DNA of 64,000 nucleotides from an uncultured Planctomycetota bacterium (GTDB lineage: Bacteria > Planctomycetota > Phycisphaerae > Tepidisphaerales > Tepidisphaeraceae): NCBI GenBank assembly GCA_963841915.1, contig CAWJEN010000001.1:1-64000 (forward strand), read 5' to 3'. The position numbers and the translations under genes were made by a program. The notes beneath the pieces were generated by a model, which saw only the letters and a program-made list of their open reading frames with translations, did not search any database and was not told where the DNA came from. This document shows, in pieces, positions 42,510-52,796 of this stretch. The first letter of the stretch is position 1. Every line of letters starts with the position of its first letter.

Positions 42510-43838
42510 TTATCCATCCGGAGTCGCCGCGTCCTGCGACACCGCCCAACCGTTCGGCGGCAGCGGGACCGGCCCTTTCAGCAGCGGGTCGTCCGTCTCC
42601 CGCATAAACCGATCCAAATGTCGACGCATTCCATTGAGGGCGTCGGCATAGTCGACGCTGCCGACGAGGTTGTTCGCCTCAGATGGATCGTACAGCAAGT
42701 CGTACAACGCCTCGCGAGGCAGTTGCCGAGTCGCGTAGTCGTGGCGGAGGTACATCGACTTGCTCGGCGACTCGTCGATGTTCGGCAGAATCGGCGACAC
42801 GTAATCGTCGAACCGGCGAATGTACTTCCATCGCGCCGTCCGTGCGGACCGCAACGGCTCGTAAGCCGCGTGGTAGTTCACCTCGCCGAACGTGACGTCG
42901 TGGAGTGCATCGACCTCGCCTCTGACAAGAGGCAAAAGTGACTTCCCGTCCAGATCTGCTGGGATGGCCGCACCGGCGAGTTCGCAGAGGGTCGGGTAGA
43001 GGTCGAGCTGCGTCACGGCGGCGTCGATCACGTTGCCGCCGCGAAACGCCCCGGCCGCTGGACCGCGGATGATGAGCATGACGCCCGTGCCGTGATCGAC
43101 CAGCTGGCACTTCATGCCCGGGAATGCGATCCCGTGATCGGTGGTCGCGATGACGAGCGTGTCGTCGGCGAGGCCTGCCCGGTCGATGGCCTCGAGCACC
43201 CGACCCATGCACAGATCGACGCTCTGCATGCTCGCCGCGTACTCAGCGAAGTCGCGACGCGTCGTCGGGGTGTCAGGAAGCGGCGACGGCGGGCGGACGT
43301 ATCGCGCGTCGAGCGATGGTCCGAGCGACGGGAAGCTCTGCTCCTCGCGATGGGCGACGGAGGCGCGATGTGGCGCGAAGTAGCCGACGCTTAGGAAGAA
43401 CGGTTGGTTGTGCGGCTCGTGTAGGAAGTCGATCGCCGCAGCCGTCGCGGGTTCGAAAGCCGCATCCTCGGTGAGAATGCGTCCGTAGCCGATCGACTTC
43501 ACGGTGGCGGCCGGCGGCTTGGCGATGTGCTGCATGCCGGCGAGAGCGCTGGTATAGCCGACGCCGTGAAGGGCGTGGATGATGTGGTGTCCGTAATCGT
43601 TGAGCGCATGGCCACGATGGGCGAGGCCCGTCATGCCGTTGCGGTGCGCGTGTCGTCCGGTCAGGAGACAGGCGCGGCTTGGTGAACACGTCGGCGATGT
43701 CGTGAACGCCTGTCGGAAAAGGACTCCCTGCTCGGCCAGGCGCTGCAGCGCGGGCGTCGGCACGGCATAGCCGTATGGCTGCACGTGTCGGCCAGCGTCG
43801 TGGCAATGGAGCAGGACGATGTTCGGTGACTTCGACAA
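42510..43838 (-). CDS. Sulfatase (Cys-type, sulfamidase-like)
   Basis: PNIVLLHCHD, CSPSRACLLTG, PHR, TTDHG, LYDL..DP.E.NNL; TTG start. Confidence 0.88.
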   Translation of the reverse strand: MSKSPNIVLLHCHDAGRHVQPYGYAVPTPALQRLAEQGVLFRQAFTTSPTCSPSRACLLTGRHAHRNGMTGLAHRGHALNDYGHHIIHALHGVGYTSALAGMQHIAKPPAATVKSIGYGRILTEDAAFEPATAAAIDFLHEPHNQPFFLSVGYFAPHRASVAHREEQSFPSLGPSLDARYVRPPSPLPDTPTTRRDFAEYAASMQSVDLCMGRVLEAIDRAGLADDTLVIATTDHGIAFPGMKCQLVDHGTGVMLIIRGPAAGAFRGGNVIDAAVTQLDLYPTLCELAGAAIPADLDGKSLLPLVRGEVDALHDVTFGEVNYHAAYEPLRSARTARWKYIRRFDDYVSPILPNIDESPSKSMYLRHDYATRQLPREALYDLLYDPSEANNLVGSVDYADALNGMRRHLDRFMRETDDPLLKGPVPLPPNGWAVSQDAATPDG

Positions 43839-43856
43839 AACAGGAGGGCAGGCGAT

Positions 43857-43868
43857 ATAGTATACCAG
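43857..43868. promoter_or_regulatory. Candidate GntR operator ATAGTATACCAG
   Basis: Lies in the short gap between the divergent sulfatase and esterase genes. Confidence 0.45.
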
Positions 43869-43870
43869 CC

Positions 43871-45364
43871 ATGGCCTTCCTTTCGATACGCATTGTTCTT
43901 AGCGCCGTCATTGCCGTCCAGTCACTCACGGCGGCGATCGTCTACGCCGGCGAGCTGCGGCTGGGCGCGCCGTTCAGCAACCACATGGTGGTGCAGGAGG
44001 GGCGACCGCTTCCGGTCTGGGGCTGGGATCAACCCGGGACATCAGTCGAAGTCTCGCTTGACGGTCATTCGGCGAAAGCGACGGCGGACACAGACGGGCG
44101 ATGGGAAGTCGAGCTCGCGACACCCGCCAACGAGGGGCCGCACATGATCGTCGTTGTGGGCAGCGAACGAATGGAGATTGAGGACGTTCTCGTCGGCGAT
44201 GTCTGGTGGTGCTCGGGACAGTCGAACATGGCCTTCGAGGTCAGCCGAAGCGAGGAGGGTGCGGCGGCGATGCGGGCGGCGGAGAACGGCCGTATCCGCC
44301 TGTTGCAGATGCCGCGCATCAGCGCCGACGAGCCCAGGGACGACGCGGAGGTGACCTGGCAGGTTGCGGGTCCAAAGACGATCGGATCATTTTCCGCGGT
44401 GGCGTATTACTTCGGGGAAAAGGTGAGCGAAGAAACGGGTCGGCCGATCGGTCTCGTCAACGCATCGTGGGGCGGTTCACCCATCCGGGCGTGGCTTCCA
44501 GAGAAGGCGATCAAGGCGAGCCCCTTCGCCCGTGATGTCGTCGCAGAGGCGGAACGTGAGGCAGCGAGCTACGAGACTCGAATGGCCGCGTGGGAGGCAG
44601 GCGGGAAGAAGGGCAAACGCCCTTCCCTCAACGGCGGTGGGCCGCAGCACCGGCTGTACAAGCTGTACAACGGCATGATGCATCCGATCGAGCGGCTGCC
44701 GGTGCGGGGTGTCCTGTGGTATCAGGGCGAGGCCGACACCGGCCGACCAGAGGTCTACTCGGACTTGTTCCCGCGACTCGTCGCGACCTGGCGGAGGCAC
44801 TTTGCCGACGGCGGGATGCTGCCGGTGTATTTCGTGCAGCTGCCCAACTTCGAGAACAATCAACGGGAGAAGTGGGCGAAGTTTCGCGAGGCGCAGCGGC
44901 GCCTCGCCGCGACGCCAGACGATGGCATTGAGATGGTCGTCGCGATTGACGTGGGCGACCCCGGCGACATCCACCCGACGAACAAACGCGTCATCGGCGA
45001 CCGACTGGCGCGACTGGCGCTTCGCGAGACGTACGGCCGCGAAGACCTGCCACAGGAGCCGAGACCGACCGCCGCCTCCTGGAAGGCGGATGAGCAGGCG
45101 GTCGACATTGCATTCGACGAGGGCGTCGGCGACGGCCTGAGACTTCGCGACGGCAAGTCGCCGATCGGCTTCGAGCTCGTCGGCAGCGACGGCAAGGCGA
45201 CGGCGGTCGACGCCGAGCTCGCCGGACCTTCGACGGTGAGGTTGGCTTGGCAGGACGAACGGCCGTGGTCGGTCCGCTACGCCTACGCCGCCGACCCCGA
45301 CACGAACCTCGAAAGCAGCGCCGGCGACCCGGTGACGCCCTTCGAGTTGGCCATTGTCGAGTGA
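43871..45364 (+). CDS. Secreted sialate O-acetylesterase (SASA family)
   Basis: Signal peptide; GDVWWCSGQSNM, WYQGE, DIHP. Confidence 0.88.
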   Translation: MAFLSIRIVLSAVIAVQSLTAAIVYAGELRLGAPFSNHMVVQEGRPLPVWGWDQPGTSVEVSLDGHSAKATADTDGRWEVELATPANEGPHMIVVVGSERMEIEDVLVGDVWWCSGQSNMAFEVSRSEEGAAAMRAAENGRIRLLQMPRISADEPRDDAEVTWQVAGPKTIGSFSAVAYYFGEKVSEETGRPIGLVNASWGGSPIRAWLPEKAIKASPFARDVVAEAEREAASYETRMAAWEAGGKKGKRPSLNGGGPQHRLYKLYNGMMHPIERLPVRGVLWYQGEADTGRPEVYSDLFPRLVATWRRHFADGGMLPVYFVQLPNFENNQREKWAKFREAQRRLAATPDDGIEMVVAIDVGDPGDIHPTNKRVIGDRLARLALRETYGREDLPQEPRPTAASWKADEQAVDIAFDEGVGDGLRLRDGKSPIGFELVGSDGKATAVDAELAGPSTVRLAWQDERPWSVRYAYAADPDTNLESSAGDPVTPFELAIVE

Positions 45365-45691
45365 ACTCGTAACTCCGACGACGAAGGACTCGCCTCCAAC
45401 GGCCACTGCAACATCACGGCTTCGCGGACGCCTCAACATCGTGAAGCTGCTGACTATTAGTCAAAATGCAGCCGGACGAAGTTGCAGAGTCGGTCGCGGC
45501 GCTGCCCCCGCTTCGCAGGCCGCGTCGGCTACCTGGAGGTGGAAGGACGGGGAACGATCGCGCGGCCTAATCCCGTGGCCGAGCCCTGGCAATACAAACC
45601 GGGAAGAGGAGGCTTCATTGCGATTGACGAAAACTGACTTTCAATACCTCGCGGTCGTTCTCACCAAGCTTCTCTTGGACGGGGTGCGGTC

Positions 45692-47206
45692 GTGATGTCA
45701 ACCTTGACCGATCGCTGGCTCGATGTCCTCGCCCTGGCGGCCTTCTTGGGCTACGTCGGGTGGATCTCGCTGCGCGGGCTCAAGCACAACGAGACGACGG
45801 AGCGTTACTTCCTTGGCGGGCGTGAGTTTCCCGGCTGGGCGGTCGCCCTGTCGATGATCGGCACGTCGCTCAGCAGCATCACGTTCCTCGCCCTCCCAGC
45901 GGCGGCGTACGCGCTCGACTACCGGATGATCGCGCCCAACCTCATGCTCCCGATCGTCGCCGTCGCAGCGGCGATATGGCTCGTTCCGATGTACCGACGC
46001 GACGTGAAGGTGTCGGCCTTCGAATACCTCGAGCGACGCTTCAACCCCGCGATCCGCCTCTACGCGGCGAGCACGTTCCTCGTCATCCACCTCATCCGCA
46101 TCGCGACGGTGCTCTATCTCGTGAGCCTGCCGCTCGCGTATTTGTCCGGCATCCCGGTCCTTTGGGTCGTCGTCTTCGGCGGGCTCTTCGTCGCGCTCTA
46201 CACGACGCTTGGCGGCCTGGAGGCGGTCATCTGGACCGACGTGCTGCAGACCTTCGTCCTCCTTGGCGGCGGCCTGCTCTGCCTCGGCATCATCATCTAC
46301 GACCTGCCCGGCGGCCTCGGCGAGATCGTGCGGATCGGCGTCGCCAACGACAAGTTCAGCCTCGGGCCGACCGAGTTCAACCTGTCGGAGCGGACGATGT
46401 GGACGATGTTCCTCCTCGGGCTCGTCAACTTCGCCAGCGACTATGTCAGCAACCAAACGATCGTGCAGCGCTACCTTGCCGCCCGCACCGAGCGCGAGGC
46501 GAAGCAGGCGACGCTGACGTGCGCCTTTCTGAGCGTGCCGATGTGGCTGCTCTTCTTCTTCGTGGGCACGGCCCTCTATGCCTACTACCAGGCCTTTCCA
46601 AACCCCGAGCTGGCCAACCTGTCCAGCGACGAGATCGTGCCGTTCTTCATCCTCGACGCGGTGCCGCAGGGATTGACGGGCATCATCATCGCCGGCTGCA
46701 TCGCCGCGGCGATGTCGACGCTCGACAGCTCGATCAACGGCATCAGCACGATCGCGACGACCGACATCGTCCAGCGCCACCTGCTGCCCGGCGCCGACGA
46801 TGCCAAGCTTCTCCGCATCGCCAAGCTCATCGCCGGAGCCGCCGGGATGATGATGATCGTCGGTGGCGTCGTGCTGCACTTCGTCCCGCGCGAGAGCATG
46901 GCCAACCTCGGCTTCATCGCCGGCTCGCTGTTCGGCGGCTGCCTGCTCGGGCTCTTCCTGCTCGGACTGCTCGCACCCTGGGCCGACGGACGATCGGTGA
47001 CGATTTCGCTCGGCGTCGTCATCCTGCTGAACATCTACTTCATCCTGCTGACACTCAACTTGCTTCCTGACTGGGCGAGAACCGACCTCCACGCGTTCTG
47101 GGTCCGCTTGTTGCTCAACATTGTGCTCGTGATCGTGACGGCGATGGTCGCGGCCTTGCTCGGCCGCAAGCGACCGCAGCGCGAGTTGTCACCGGAGCTC
47201 GGCTAG
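45692..47206 (+). CDS. Sodium:solute symporter (SSS), intact
   Basis: About 13 TM helices; [29 protein letters not shown]. Confidence 0.92.
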   Translation: MMSTLTDRWLDVLALAAFLGYVGWISLRGLKHNETTERYFLGGREFPGWAVALSMIGTSLSSITFLALPAAAYALDYRMIAPNLMLPIVAVAAAIWLVPMYRRDVKVSAFEYLERRFNPAIRLYAASTFLVIHLIRIATVLYLVSLPLAYLSGIPVLWVVVFGGLFVALYTTLGGLEAVIWTDVLQTFVLLGGGLLCLGIIIYDLPGGLGEIVRIGVANDKFSLGPTEFNLSERTMWTMFLLGLVNFASDYVSNQTIVQRYLAARTEREAKQATLTCAFLSVPMWLLFFFVGTALYAYYQAFPNPELANLSSDEIVPFFILDAVPQGLTGIIIAGCIAAAMSTLDSSINGISTIATTDIVQRHLLPGADDAKLLRIAKLIAGAAGMMMIVGGVVLHFVPRESMANLGFIAGSLFGGCLLGLFLLGLLAPWADGRSVTISLGVVILLNIYFILLTLNLLPDWARTDLHAFWVRLLLNIVLVIVTAMVAALLGRKRPQRELSPELG

Positions 47207-48340
47207 CGCCGCGTCGAGCGGCGTGCCGAACTTGTCGTCGCCGCAGATTTAAACGTCGAGGCCCACCGCCGCCGCCATTGCCGCCTTGGCAGCAAGCGCG
47301 GTCGGCTGACTCGGCGTCGTCGACGTAGACGACCTGCACGTAGTTTGCATGGTGCTTGGCCGTCATCTGGTCCCGGCTCACGCCCTTGACCGTCCCGCCG
47401 CCGAGCCTGAAGTACATCGGCGGCTGCCGCTCGCCCGACGCGCCTCGCCAGCCGCCCTCGAAGTGGCTCGGCGGCACGCTGCCGCTGATCTCGAAGACCC
47501 AGACGTAGGCGGCTGTCGTGCCGCTCTCGTCCGGGTCGCCCCAGCGCAGGTCGTGGAGCGTGTTGTCGGGATGCATTCCCATCGCCGACCAGACGCGTTG
47601 CGTGACAAGGCCGTCGAGACCCGCGCACTCGTCGACCTCACTCCTTAAAGTGCGTGATCGGCTCGCCGTCGCGGATGGTCGACCCGTCGGCCCGCTTCAG
47701 CGGCGGGCGGATCGAGCAGTTGAGCGTGCCCTCGCCGAGGTCGCTCGCCAGGGCGAGGTCCTTGAGGCCCTGCTGGTACTGGATGCCGATCTCATCGCAC
47801 CCGAACAGATCGGCGAGGCGCACGGCGGCGATGTACATGCGGCACTGGTCCAGCACCTGCCCTCGCGTCAACTCCGTCGCCTCGTCGTCGCCGAACCTGA
47901 AGTCGATGCCGCTCTGTTCGTACCAGTCAAAGACTGGCTTTTGCCTCGTCGCTCGTCACCTCCCGCATGGCGACGTAGAGGGTCGACTGGCTCAGCCGCT
48001 CCTTGAGGACGTTCGTCGGGTGGAGCAGATCGTCGGGCACGATTGCGTTGAACATGCCCATGCACCCCTAATCAAACACGCCGAGGATGGCGGGCCGGTC
48101 GCGCAGCTCGGCGGCGAGGGCCTCGCCCAGCTCGCGCTCGGCGGCGGGCAGGTCGCCCAGGGCCCGCACGTGCGAGAGGTCGTGCTCGATCTTGCCCGCG
48201 TCGAGCCACGCTTTGAGCTTCTCGCGGAAGGCATCATCCTCGAACGACTCGGCCCACAGGAGCGAGTAGGGCTGGCCAGCACTGGGTGTTGGCCGCGGGA
48301 CGTAGGTCGCCGCTGGCGACGAGCAGGGCGGTCTTAAGCG
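47203..48340 (-). pseudogene. Fucose-isomerase-like pseudogene, paralog of 34032
   Basis: [38 protein letters not shown], with stops, frameshifts and two deletions. Confidence 0.88.
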
Positions 48341-48720
48341 GGAGGCGAGCGGGCGGAGTCGCAGAGGGCAGGCGGTAGCTGGGCATGGTGATGCTTGAGG
48401 TGGTTGTCGATCGGTCTTAAGTGCCATTTCGGACACGTGTGGTGGCGGAGGCACCGTCGCACCAGTCATCAGCCGCTCGCCGGAGGACGGGGCGTGATGT
48501 TTGCAACATCCCGACTGCGGGTAGTCAATGTTCCCGCAAAATCTTCGAAGCGGCCGGCAAATCGTGCCCCCGAATGTTGCAGTCGGCCGGCGACGATGCG
48601 GTTGTATCTGTCAGGAATCGTAGTAGCCTTTAAGCCCGCAGATCTGGATGGCGATGCGGTCAGCCCGCAGCCATTCGTTATGCATCTCAATACCCGTCGT
48701 CCGTCATCAGGAGGAACCCA

Positions 48721-49626
48721 ATGCTCAACCGCCCCATCCGCCGCGCCGCGGCAGCCGCCGTCGCCACCGCCGCTCTCGCCGCAAGCACCTCGTCCGCCGC
48801 GATACTGCTGAGCGAGTCTTTCGATTACGCCCCCGGTGCCCTAGCCGGCAACAACGGCGGCACTGGGTTCAGCAGCGCATGGTCAACGGAGGTCGGTAGT
48901 GCGGTCACCGGTGGCAGCTCGAGCGTCGTCGCTGGCAGCATCGCGTTCAGCGATTACGCGACGTCGGGCAACAAGCTTGTGATGGACATGGGAACCGTCT
49001 CCGGGTTCACGTCGATCACGAGCTCACGAGAGAGCGCAGCAGCCGCCTCGACCGGCGATCTTTTCACGAGCTTCCTCTACCAAGCCGGCTCATTCTCTTC
49101 GAACAGCAGTCGGACGGCAGAGTTGCGGTTTGAAGACCCGAGCATCAAGTTCGGCAGTGCCGCCAAGGGCTCGGGCACAGCTACCGCCGAAGTTCGCTAC
49201 GACGGTGTCGATGGCGACGTAGCCGGCCGCGAGCGCTTCGGCAACCTGCAGAACGGCTCGGCGTTCCTCATCATCACGAAGTACAGCAATCTGGGCGTCG
49301 ACGGTGCCAGTGCTCGACTGTGGGCGCTCAACGCGACCGGCTACGACGCGATCAGCGACGGTGGGATCACCGAGGCGGAGCTCGACACGGCGGCCTTCGC
49401 CATTTCGGTCGATTCACAAAGCGCGACGACCAGCAACGTCCTGACGAGCGGCGACCTCTTCCGGATTGGTTTGTACTCGAGTCAGACACCGTTTTCGGCA
49501 AGTTTCGATGAGTTCCGGGCCGGCACGTCGCTGGCCGACGTGACGGCTGTGCCGGAGCCGGCGTCCGCGGTGGCGGTGGTTGGCCTCGCGGGTCTGCTGC
49601 TGGGTCGGCGTCGCGCCTCGGCGTGA
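48721..49626 (+). CDS. PEP-CTERM protein with uncharacterised beta-rich domain
   Basis: Signal peptide; VPEP-TM-RRR tail; RBS AGGAGG. Confidence 0.9.
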   Translation: MLNRPIRRAAAAAVATAALAASTSSAAILLSESFDYAPGALAGNNGGTGFSSAWSTEVGSAVTGGSSSVVAGSIAFSDYATSGNKLVMDMGTVSGFTSITSSRESAAAASTGDLFTSFLYQAGSFSSNSSRTAELRFEDPSIKFGSAAKGSGTATAEVRYDGVDGDVAGRERFGNLQNGSAFLIITKYSNLGVDGASARLWALNATGYDAISDGGITEAELDTAAFAISVDSQSATTSNVLTSGDLFRIGLYSSQTPFSASFDEFRAGTSLADVTAVPEPASAVAVVGLAGLLLGRRRASA

Positions 49627-49725
49627 TTGACGCCGGCGTCTCGACCCCCTCCACACCGGCGGCCCGCGGCTCACGCTCGGGTCGCCGTTTTGCCGTCCAC
49701 TGCTCGATCTATTCACGCGCCGCCC

Positions 49726-52700
49726 ATGAAGTACGTTCACCTCGTCGTCGCCACCACTCTGCTCGCGACCGCCTCCGCTCCGGCGCAGACCCCGGAGACT
49801 TCGCTGACCTTCGGCGTCAGCTTCGACCACGGCCTCAACGCCGACACCGCCGCCGGCAACGGGATGGCCGTCGCCCACCCGCGTGTCCAAGTCATCGACG
49901 AAGAGGGCCGCGGCGGCGTGATCAAGCTCGAGCCGTATCAGTGGCTTTGCTACGACATCGAGGGCAACCTCGAGCTCGACGAAGGGACGATCCACCTCCG
50001 CGTCCGCCCGGACATCGACCCCGCCGCCTGGAAGAAGGGCGGCGGCATGGGTGAGGGCCTCCAGCACCTCGTCACCGCCAACGTGCGGACGCGCAACGAA
50101 CTGCGCGTCTACTTCGATTTCCGCGGCGAGAAGGGCGAGCCCCCGACGCTCAACTTCGGCTTCAAGAACCCCGAGCTGTCGGGCAACGTGGAGATCGCCG
50201 ACGTGTCGGGCTGGAAGGCCGGGGAGTGGCACGATGTGAGCGTCTCGTGGCAAAAGCCCAACAAGGTCAGCGGCAGAGTCGATGGTGGCGAATGGGTCGA
50301 GAAGCGGACCGGCGCTTGGCCGCAACTGCCGGAGGCTGACCTGTACGACCTCTATGTCGGCGGCAACGCGGTGCTCGTCGATGGATCGCCAACCGGCAGC
50401 TTTCGCACGTTCCAAGGGGCGATCGACGATCTGACTGTGTACGACGCGTGGCAGGCGGAGCCGGTGAGCGCGATCTCGGTCGATCCGGAGCTGACGCTTG
50501 ACCTGCCGACGCCGGAATGGTCGCAGGCATTGCCCGCGCGGGTGGTGGTGGGGCTGTCGGAGGCCGAGGGCGACTGGGCGACGCGGCCTGTTGAAGCGAC
50601 GGTCACGCCGGCGCACGGCTGGTCGGAACTCGACGCCGCCGGGCGACGACGGGCGGTCGACGCGCTGCGCGTCGTTGCGTACGACGCGAGTACCGGAAAG
50701 CCTCGCGACGGGCTCGTGCCCTTCAGCGTCAGCGACGAGGCCTACTGGGCCGATACGTTCAACGTTCGCTTCAATCATGAGGGCGAGCTGCCGGCGCTGT
50801 ACGCGGTCTACTACGACGTCGACCCGTCCGACGACGTCGAGACGGAGCCGGCGACGGTGCCGATGGTCGGCGTGGGCGAGCGGCTGCTGATCGGGGACAA
50901 GGAGACGGTCGACGTGCTCGGCCTGGGACTGCGCGGCGTGTTCGACGTCGGCGACCTCGACGGCGACGGCGACCTCGACGTCTGGTACGCCAGCGGCTAC
51001 CAGAACGTGAACTCCCGCGACATGCTCAACGGGCACTTCTTCCTGGAGAACCTCGGCAACCAGGGCACGGCCGCGCCGGTGCTCGCGGCACCGCAGCTCA
51101 TCTTCAATGGCACGCTGCCGACGGGCGTGATCCGCTCGAACATGACGCCGCAGCTCATCGACATCAACGGCGACGACAAGCTCGACCTCTTCTACTACTC
51201 CGTTAAGCACACGTTCTGGATCGAGTGGAGCCTGCAAAAGGGGCGTCCGACGATCGAACGGTTGCACGACGTGCGGATCAAGACCGACGCCAAGAACGAG
51301 CGCGGCCGCCTCATCGACTGGGACGGCGACGGCAAGCTCGACCTGCTCCGCGGCAAGACGATCATGTTCGCCCAGCCCGAGCAGGGCGGCGAAATGTTCT
51401 TCACCGACGAGCACAGCCAGGACCTTGAGATCGGGTCCGTCGCCGACGCCGATTGGAAGTCGAGCCCGCTCGGCCTGACCCCCGTTGACTTCGACGGCGA
51501 CGGGCGGATGGAGCTCATCGCCGGGAATTGGGTCACCAAGCTCTACCTCCACGAGCCGACAGGCGATGGCCTGTACGACTACGGGCCCGGCAAGCTCCTG
51601 ACGACCCACGACGACCACGAACTTCAGATGCCGGGCGTCTTTCCCGTGCCGATCCCGGCCGACTGGGACGGCGACGGCGACCTCGACCTGCTGTGGAGCA
51701 CCGAGGCCGGCAGCCTCGGCTACTTCGAGAACATCGCCGGCCCCAAGGCGAAGCCGAAGTTGCTGCAAAATCGCTTCGTCCTCTGCCATCGCCCGATGAT
51801 CGACGGCGGCGCGCTGTCGATCCCGTGGCCCGTCGACTGGGACGACGACGGCGACCTCGACCTCGTGCTTGGCTCGTCCAACGAGTACATCTACTACCAC
51901 GAGAACCTCGGCGACGAGAAGCAGGCGGTATGGGGACCGCGTGAGGAACTCGTCGGCTCGGGCCAGCGGATTGAGTATCGCGCCGGTCTCGACGGCTCGC
52001 TCCTCGGGCCGCAGGAGGCGGACTGGGGCTACATCAATCCGCTCGTCGTCGATTTCGATGGCGACGGGCTCAAGGACCTGATCTACTCCGGCGTTCGCGG
52101 CGATCACTGGTACTACCGCAACATCGGCAGGCCCGGCCGACCGCAACTCGACGGCGGGCGCTTGATCCGCGTCGAGTGGGGCGAGGGCGGACGCAAGACG
52201 CCGGAGTGGCTGCGATTTGAACCGCAGGGCGACGAGCTGCTCACCGCGCACCGTTCACGCCCGGCCGTTCTCGATTGGAACGGTGACGGCGTCAACGACT
52301 ACGTGACGCTCGACCACGAGAGCCGCTGGGCGGTCTATCTCGGCAAGCGTGTCGACAACGGCGAGGTGATCCTGTCGCCGGGGCAGCACTTGTTCGAGCC
52401 GATTGGCGAGTTCTCGCAGGGCTTGGTCTGGAACCGCCGCGACGTCGACGCCGACGACTGGCGCCCGCACTACGCCGGCCGGACCGTCACGCAGCTCATC
52501 GACTGGGACGAGGACGGCGACCGCGACCTGATCCTCGACAACATCAACGCCCGCTTCTACGAGAACACGGGCACCGACGCGAAGCCGAAGTTCGAGGACC
52601 GCGGTGACCTCGCAAAGGCACGCCTAGCCATGCACAACTCGGGTCCCACCGCCGCCGACATGAACGGCGACGGTCACCTCGACCTTGTGGTCGGGACCGA

Positions 52701-52794
52701 GTCGGGCTTGATTCACTACTTCAGCCGCGCCTTTCTCGAGGGCGGATCGCCGCGCGCGATCGTCCTTTCCGACGAAACCCGAACCGGCAACTGA
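49726..52794 (+). CDS. Large secreted LamG-like plus FG-GAP/VCBS-repeat protein
   Basis: Signal peptide; EGTI..RV.P, WH.V.VSW, G.IDDL.VY; about ten D.DGDG..D repeats. Confidence 0.88.
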   Translation: MKYVHLVVATTLLATASAPAQTPETSLTFGVSFDHGLNADTAAGNGMAVAHPRVQVIDEEGRGGVIKLEPYQWLCYDIEGNLELDEGTIHLRVRPDIDPAAWKKGGGMGEGLQHLVTANVRTRNELRVYFDFRGEKGEPPTLNFGFKNPELSGNVEIADVSGWKAGEWHDVSVSWQKPNKVSGRVDGGEWVEKRTGAWPQLPEADLYDLYVGGNAVLVDGSPTGSFRTFQGAIDDLTVYDAWQAEPVSAISVDPELTLDLPTPEWSQALPARVVVGLSEAEGDWATRPVEATVTPAHGWSELDAAGRRRAVDALRVVAYDASTGKPRDGLVPFSVSDEAYWADTFNVRFNHEGELPALYAVYYDVDPSDDVETEPATVPMVGVGERLLIGDKETVDVLGLGLRGVFDVGDLDGDGDLDVWYASGYQNVNSRDMLNGHFFLENLGNQGTAAPVLAAPQLIFNGTLPTGVIRSNMTPQLIDINGDDKLDLFYYSVKHTFWIEWSLQKGRPTIERLHDVRIKTDAKNERGRLIDWDGDGKLDLLRGKTIMFAQPEQGGEMFFTDEHSQDLEIGSVADADWKSSPLGLTPVDFDGDGRMELIAGNWVTKLYLHEPTGDGLYDYGPGKLLTTHDDHELQMPGVFPVPIPADWDGDGDLDLLWSTEAGSLGYFENIAGPKAKPKLLQNRFVLCHRPMIDGGALSIPWPVDWDDDGDLDLVLGSSNEYIYYHENLGDEKQAVWGPREELVGSGQRIEYRAGLDGSLLGPQEADWGYINPLVVDFDGDGLKDLIYSGVRGDHWYYRNIGRPGRPQLDGGRLIRVEWGEGGRKTPEWLRFEPQGDELLTAHRSRPAVLDWNGDGVNDYVTLDHESRWAVYLGKRVDNGEVILSPGQHLFEPIGEFSQGLVWNRRDVDADDWRPHYAGRTVTQLIDWDEDGDRDLILDNINARFYENTGTDAKPKFEDRGDLAKARLAMHNSGPTAADMNGDGHLDLVVGTESGLIHYFSRAFLEGGSPRAIVLSDETRTGN

Positions 52795-52796
52795 CC

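Noticed and set aside
49414..52251. 945-aa minus-strand ORF and similar long antisense ORFs (9947-11302, 45698-47092, 25205-26818)
   Set aside because: They mirror well-supported genes on the opposite strand and show no motifs; expected shadows of high-GC codon usage
50940..52690. Recurrent GACGGCGACGGC-like repeats as a possible CRISPR or tandem array
   Set aside because: They are codons of FG-GAP protein repeats with irregular spacing; no cas genes seen
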